Assembly (NCBI GenBank): GCA_951406725.2
Contig: OX597820.1
Span: 120,280,001 to 120,344,000 of the forward strand
DNA: 64,000 bases
Reading direction: 5' to 3'
From: Octopus vulgaris
Taxonomy: Eukaryota
Positions 55,150-64,000 of the stretch are shown here, in pieces. The position numbers were made by a program, and so were the translations under genes. Each line of letters begins with the position of its first letter. The first letter of the stretch is position 1. Below the pieces are notes generated by a model. The model searched no databases and was not told where the DNA came from. It was given only the letters and a program-made list of their open reading frames with translations.

Positions 55150-55560
55150 ACAGCTGACATCATGCGAAAGTATATGTTGATCTGAAGTCTCAGACGTGTT
55201 GAGATCGATCCCTAGAACTCTTATAACCACTCGAATTACTGTTACAGGAACCATTCTGAGTCTTCGCATCTCGCTAAGCCAATACTGATTTTTCTTTCTG
55301 ATTTCCCCTGTTCTTTGACCGCCACATTCATATGAGTAGATACAGCGATATCTATGATAATCCACTTTTTTGACACTGTCCACAATGGTAATATCTGGTC
55401 GTTTTGCTTGAATATCATGTCCGCTCTCCATAGGAAACCCTTAAGTATTTTAAAGTGATCTTCTCCGTAACACTCTTTTGGTTGCTGTTGGTACCATCCT
55501 CTGCTTACTTCAAATCTTTGTTCTGGAATGTCCCAGGGTAATACTGATCGATCTAGTCTG
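55150..55560 (-). pseudogene. R4/Dong-like LINE restriction-like endonuclease fragment (decayed)
   Basis: HDIQAKRPDITIVD..., then EMRRL..VTVIRVVIRVLG (decayed V.PVVIGALG). Confidence 0.65.
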
Positions 55561-55747
55561 CGTTCATATTGCTTCAGAGTGAAAGGACTTCAAAGAGGTA
55601 ATTATGTGCACAAGGCACATTTCTTTCTCCTTACATATTCTTCATTTATCTTTCTCCACACCTCGGTGTATTCTTGCGTTACTGACATTTGCTCGTAATA
55701 CCTGCTTTTGACCAGCAATTCATTATTGTTAATATTACCATTATAAA

Positions 55748-55973
55748 GGCCGCGAGCTGGCAGAAACGTTAGCACGCCGGGCAAAATCTAAGCGACATTT
55801 CGTCCATCGTTACGTTCTGAGTTCAAATTCCACCGAGGTCGACCTTGCCTTTCATGCTTTCGGAGTCGATGAAATAAGTACCAGTTGAGCACTGGACTCA
55901 GTGCAATCGACAAGCAACCAATCGCCTAAAATGTCAGGCCTTGTACCCAAAGTAAAAAGGATGATTATTATTA
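55748..55973 (+). mobile_element. SINE family C monomer with (ATT)n tail
   Basis: Same head and core as 52263; the tail resembles the final tail of the trimer. Confidence 0.8.
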
Positions 55974-55975
55974 CT

Positions 55976-56100
55976 GAGTGAGAGAGCAGCACATGCCATC
56001 AACGTGACAACAGAGTAAAATATACGAAGCCCTGTATCCCCATAATGACTACTCGTCTGATAGGGGTACACCAAGCACATGCCTCACAAACATATGCGCG
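55976..56100 (-). mobile_element. Repeat family D 3' fragment in (ATT)n
   Basis: Reverse complement of about 8644-8770. Confidence 0.75.
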
Positions 56101-56102
56101 CC

Positions 56103-56145
<43 letters not shown>

Positions 56146-56221
56146 GATTGATTGATTGATTGATTCTAGTTTCAGCTTATGAGCTGTGGCCATGCTGGGG
56201 CACCGATTATTATTATTACTA

Positions 56222-56252
<31 letters not shown>

Positions 56253-56284
56253 CATCATAATTATTATTGTTGTTGTCGTTGTTG

Positions 56285-56354
<70 letters not shown>

Positions 56355-56418
56355 TACTATCATTATTATCATTATTAATATCATTACTATTATTATTATT
56401 TGTATTATTATTATTATC

Positions 56419-56493
<75 letters not shown>

Positions 56494-57318
56494 CATTATA
56501 AGCAGTCTTGCCATTGTAAAAGCTATCATATACGATTTATAATGATAACCACCGCCACCATTGCTACCATCCTCGTCAATTTCTGGCTCCATGAGATTAC
56601 ATGGCCATAATCACAATCGTAATCTTCAGCTCAATTTCCACGACCAGCATCATTGAATTGATCCTGCAGCCTGTTCATAGTTTTCTTGTTGATAAGTTAA
56701 ATGATAACAAAATCGATTTATATAACAGGGACGTTGGTGGTAATAAAAGGAAATTGTGTATCCTTTGATATCAGTATTTATCATAAACCGTGTTGAGTGT
56801 TTCTCTATGTCTGCCTAATGAATTGAGACAAGCCCCTTCTTCATATATATTAAATCGCATTTCCTATAACTTCGTCTCATATCCATTCCAAAGCTTACTC
56901 AGTCTTTTCTCTACTTTCCTCTCACTGGCTCACATATGCATACACATGCATACATTCATACATACATAGACACATACATAAACACGCATGCTCGTAGAAA
57001 CACGCCCGTGGATATACATACGTACGATATGTGTGCGTGTGTGTGTGCTTCATGATATCTAGCAGATTGCTTAGTTAGAATATATATCTTATATATCGCT
57101 ATAAATCAATAGAGTACAGGCAAGCCGACAGCAAAGTCTAGTCAGTAAGGAAGATATCTAAAAATCTGTGGAATATCGGTGTATGTGAGAATATGAGTGG
57201 TTATCAATATGCCTGTGTATATGTATATTCGGTCTATGGGTGTGTGAGATCGAAATATTTAAATATATACCAAATGAAATATTGCTGGAAGAAATCACAT
57301 ATATTAGTAATAATAATA

Positions 57319-58025
<707 letters not shown>

Positions 58026-58051
58026 TAATAATAATAACAGTAATAATAATA

Positions 58052-58117
<66 letters not shown>

Positions 58118-58119
58118 TA

Positions 58120-58176
<57 letters not shown>

Positions 58177-60527
58177 CTTTACTTTCTTAAACGCAAGGCT
58201 GCGCAAACCTATAATAAAATACTCTGTATTTTAAACAGCTTTGGCTTTGCAATCCGTATGGCACTCGACAAGCTTATATTGGAACAGAGAGCAAAGAATA
58301 AACATTCTATTATAAATTAATTTAAAATGAAATTGAAATGTGAAACTTAAATTAACAAAATAATTATTAAAGCAAATTATCATGAGAATTTTAAAAAAAC
58401 ACAGCAAACAGAGAGGGATATCTACTTTCACACAATTCTGTCTCTCCGCCTTTCCGGAATTTGAGTTGCTAGTGCACCCAAGAGTAACTGAAATTTTGCG
58501 TTTGACAAATTGAAATCAATCCCAATGGGCTTCCGTTTCGCATTCAGTTTTTACTGATAATAATTTGTTGAGAACTTTACTTATATTCCCTCTTCAGCAT
58601 TTCTATATCTCTTGTTTGGAAACCGTTTTTGGGAACAGTTTTTCTCTCTAAGTTATCAGGTCACTTTGACATCATATATAATGCATTTTCTATTTAGCCT
58701 CAATTATGTGAACAACACGCAAGTTTACTGTTACGAATTATCCTTCCCAATACATTTAATTGCATATTCTGAGGATCATAGTGTGTTATACATGCCATCC
58801 GTCTCTACCAACAAGTTGACATTTAGAAACGATTTTCTGTCTTTGATTTTTATGTTATCATTCTTCCGAAAAAGAAACAAAAGCGCATGGTGTCGCTCGT
58901 TAGTACGAAAAAAAACACTGTGAAACAGTTAGCACGGAAAAATTACTTCTTAAATTTCTCTCAACACTGGAAAAGGTGACGATGTCGCCATTTTTAGGAC
59001 ATTAATGGATGGTGCACGAGAGACAGGTGTTTGCCTATCTTGCTACTCTTTATGTTGTGCCGACTTTACTTTTCCTTGATTTTCCAGGTCACATTTATTC
59101 CTGTTGTCTTTTTTATACCAACATTCTCATATACTTCGTGTCCACAGCCTCAACACAGCATAGATCCAATTAGGCCTGTCGTCTCATGCTTCATTGGGAC
59201 TCCGAATACACCAAGAGTTTTAACAAAGTGTCGCTTCTTATCTATTTGTCGCTGCTAACCGCCACAGATTCAACACAATACAGCTCAACATCTTTAGTGA
59301 TGCCCGTCACCGTCCAATTTGCATTTTTCTACCTCATTATTTCAGCCTGTTTTCTAGACTGGCTTCTCTGTTCTAAAAGCATAACAAACCATTCAATTCT
59401 GCAACCCTTACCATTTTATAAAAAAACAAACATATGTCAAGAGAAAGTTAAAATTTGCTTGTCCGTTCTTGTATGTATTCTTCATATTAGAAGGCATCTC
59501 TCCATACGTCGAAGCGTTCCACAGGAATCTAGAAATCAGTAATCTGCCGACTTCCAATTGAAGAACTATTTTGAAATATTGGAATACACCTAAGAGTAAG
59601 GTTTCTCAAGCATCATTATAATATATAAATGAAAGTAAATGCTGAAAAAAATGCAGGTATATGGACAGTTCCATAGAGACATCACAACAACACATTATTC
59701 TCCGTAGGATTGGATTCGCGGTCGATATATTAAAACCAAAATGAGGGCTGGTGTTATCAGTTGCACTGGAGCGAGAATTAGAGTGCAATTCAGATTACAA
59801 TTCAGAATACAATTCAAAGTACAATATGTATTGTAACTGAAATTCAGCTGCTTCGTGTGTAATCCTTCGGAAAACAATATCGATCACAGTGTGGCAGGAC
59901 TAAAATCGAAGAGGCCAGGAAATAGAAGAAAGAAGAAAAAAGAAGACGTGCACCCAACACCAGAACTGAAGACACCTCTGAAAGGGGGGGCGCCACGTCA
60001 AAACGGTAGAGGAGTTGGGGCCGAAACCAGATGTGGTTCTTCATGATGATGTCTTGAGCTAACTGGATCCTAACAAGGAGCTGTTGTGGTAGCAGACCAC
60101 GAAACACGGTTGTAATTCCTATTTCTCTAAGATGACTCGATGAAAATGTTCTATTGAAGAGTTTAAAAAAGACACAAAACTTCAGAAATATGGTAAATAT
60201 TGCTAATAAGATTTGCCACCATTGCTTCATGCAAATGATTGCTGAGGAACAAAGGAAAAAAATAGCTCGAAATAATAATGGTTAACTGCAGAAATACCAC
60301 CCTCTGGTTGCTAAGCAGTGAAAGTGAAAATTCTACTAGTTTGCATCAGAGCACGCAAATTAACTAAAAAAAACTGAACTCTGTCGTGTCACTTGGGAAA
60401 GGTCGATATAAAGATAGTCATTGGCGTGTGTCAAAACCTCTCCACCTAAGAACAACTAAAATACACAAGACCATACATACATATATGCATATAATTATAC
60501 ATATAAATATAAATATATATATATATT

Positions 60528-60587
<60 letters not shown>

Positions 60588-60866
60588 TGTATATGTTTAT
60601 ATATATATATAATTTAAAATGAGGGTGAAAAAGTGGATACTCATTTGATTAATACCAATTTAAAGCCAGTGGTCTAACATATTAATTTCCAGTAACGCTG
60701 TCGTAATCTCTTTTAGAGAGACTTAGTAATTTTAATATTTCTATTATATATATATTTATATATATATATATATATATATACATACATATGGGTCCGCGAG
60801 CAGAATTATAATACAGTAATTTCCCTTTATATAACGGTATTTTTTCATAGCGTGTTTCAGATGGCC

Positions 60867-60929
60867 AGATAACCGAAGAGATGGTGTTGTGGATTTCCAC
60901 TTCGGAATCTGAAACTCGGAGTTTTATCT
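60867..60929 (+). ncRNA. Putative type I hammerhead ribozyme (U4C core variant) in a (TA)n-flanked PLE-like fragment
   Basis: AGATAA CCGAAGA GAT..GTGGatttCCAC..ATC T GAA ACTCgGAGT T TTATCT: 6-bp helix I, near-palindromic helix III, GUU triplet. Confidence 0.5.
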
Positions 60930-60963
60930 TGACTATTGAGTAAATGTAACATTATTTTATACA

Positions 60964-61062
<99 letters not shown>

Positions 61063-61301
61063 TCACACACTTGATTTCAATACATTTATGTAAACTAATT
61101 TTTGACACCAAAGACGATACACAAAGCTTCATACTTTACTTCTGACACTCTGTTTTAAATAAGTGAATCCGGCTAAGATAAAACTATTAAAAGACACCTG
61201 CATTTTCAGATTGTATACCTTATGATTTTACTCGTGCATTTGATATACATAGACACAATTATATATACATACATGTATATATATATACATATATATATAT
61301 A

Positions 61302-61334
<33 letters not shown>

Positions 61335-61553
61335 TATTATTATTATTATTATTTGAGGGAAATAATAATAAATATTTTTATTTCCCTATTATAATAATAA
61401 AAACCTATTATATACGTTTTATTATCATTTTTTGCAATTTACTTAATCCTTGACATTTTATTGATATTTTTATTTTAATATTTCTATTATATGTAATTTT
61501 CTCGATGGTGTAATTTAATTGTTCATTTTGAATTGATAAAAGGTGTTTTTTTC

Positions 61554-61647
<94 letters not shown>

Positions 61648-61989
61648 TATGTATGTATATATACATATTAGTCATAGGAATAAATTGAATCTAGGTACAT
61701 TAAGACATACAACACCTGTAGTGGCTTCGTAAAATGTGAGGTAAAACAACAGATACTGTAGGATATTTTAGAAATATAAGAATCAAATCCAGTTTAAGCC
61801 GGAGATCAAACTCAGGGTTGATTCAAGATGTGGCGTATGTATAGAGAACCAAAATATAAATGTAAACCACATTTGTAATCTATCAATCTGTCTGTCAGTC
61901 TGTCTGTCCATCCGTCCTTCAGCCTATCTATGTATCTATCTATCTATCTATCTATCTATATACATACATATATACATATACATACATAT

Positions 61990-62084
<95 letters not shown>

Positions 62085-62895
62085 ATTAAATGCGTGTATA
62101 TGTGTGCATGCATATATACACTTATGTATAGACACTTTTTCACAACCGTACTACACTGTTATGGTATTCGCATAAAGAACGCAAACAGAAACAAACACCG
62201 TTACTTTGTCTTGTTTTATCACGCACCTGTCCACACATTAATTCAAACACTTTTATATAGAATCATGCATGTTTTATCACAAGCTACGTTTAGACAACCA
62301 GACAGGACATATTTGTTAAATATAATGCGTATACAAGATATTTTTATATATATAATCACGCACACACAAACACACACATGCACACACACACACACACACT
62401 TGCACACATATTTATATAGTCTGAAATAAAATTTTAAAAATGTTTAAGAAAATTAATAAACTTCAATAATGAAAGCGAGCAACGAAGAGAACAAAGTTAG
62501 GGAATTAATTAACATTATAGTAAATTAGCAGTGAATAGATAACGCTACATCTGTTCAGATTGGAAACAAGATCAGTGGCTTTATTTAATTACTCGCAGAC
62601 AGAGATTAGAGACGAAAAGCATGGCGCAATTATTTTCATCCACCATCCTATACAAACATTATGGCAACCAGCTCTGCCACATCAATACCATTCCGATTCC
62701 AGCATTAATTTCAAAATAAAAGTAAATAGAAATTAATATTTGTATCTATCTTGTCTGTACTTCCAACTAATTATTCTCGTTCGCCACTTTCGCCCCTCCC
62801 ACTCCTTCTCTGTCTGTCTATCATTCTCTTTCTTTCTCATTCTCATTCTTTCTCATTCTCATTCTCTTTCTCTCTCTTTCTCTCTCTCTCTCAAG

Positions 62896-63242
<347 letters not shown>

Positions 63243-63673
63243 CGCACATATACACACAGATATGTTTGTATGTATGCATGTGAATATGACTTTTCTCTCT
63301 TCAAATATTTTGAGATATACCACCATGGTCATTCTGGAGCACCAACTTGAATTTGTACCATTTCGACAGCCTTCATATATGGTTGATCTCTTCTACGTGG
63401 TAGAATTTCACATCACCAATCTTGCGTGTGCACTTCTCCTGGTTCTTGACTGAATTGATGTAAAACGGTGTTTTAGTGTAAAATAGTCATGCAGCTGCCC
63501 ACAAAAATATATTTCATTCGGGACGTGGTTATTTCTGGTCTCGTAGAAAGAACAATATTGAGTTCCGTTTTGAAGACATTTACAATCTCCCTGTGTTGAT
63601 TTCTTAATTCCTTTCAGAGAGCATTGTTGGCAAGTGGACCTGTGGATGGGAGTGGGCAGTATTTTTGGAGTAT

Positions 63674-64000
<327 letters not shown>

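Noticed and set aside
59844-60230. 128-aa minus-strand ORF in GC-richer sequence, faintly Gypsy gag-like
   Set aside because: Similarity too weak to call without a profile search; no splice support.

Overview
AT-rich, extremely microsatellite-dense eukaryotic non-coding DNA. The SINE families and the (TA)n/(AAT)n/(CA)n profile look like an octopus (coleoid cephalopod) genome, most likely intergenic or deep intronic; this assignment is recognition, not a database result. No host protein-coding gene can be supported: almost all listed ORFs are microsatellite or SINE read-throughs. The only real protein similarity is in decayed transposon fragments (Tx1/L1, R4/Dong, Hero, CR1, RTE, Tc1/mariner). 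Also present are three tRNA-derived SINE families (several with clear TSDs), non-autonomous Helitrons, two TIR elements, and many Penelope-like (PLE) terminal fragments, palindromes and direct repeats abutting (TA)n tracts. The most interesting signals lie in these (TA)n-associated repeats: (i) a four-helix structure conserved with compensatory base changes between divergent copies at 14.4 kb and 42.4/43.0 kb, matching no ribozyme I recognise and sitting in the direct repeats of a non-coding mini-element; (ii) minimal type I hammerhead ribozymes with unusual cores, including a G3:C8 compensatory swap at 35344-35393 (-); (iii) a TIR element carrying telomeric repeats whose two copies have 8-bp and 18-bp target duplications.
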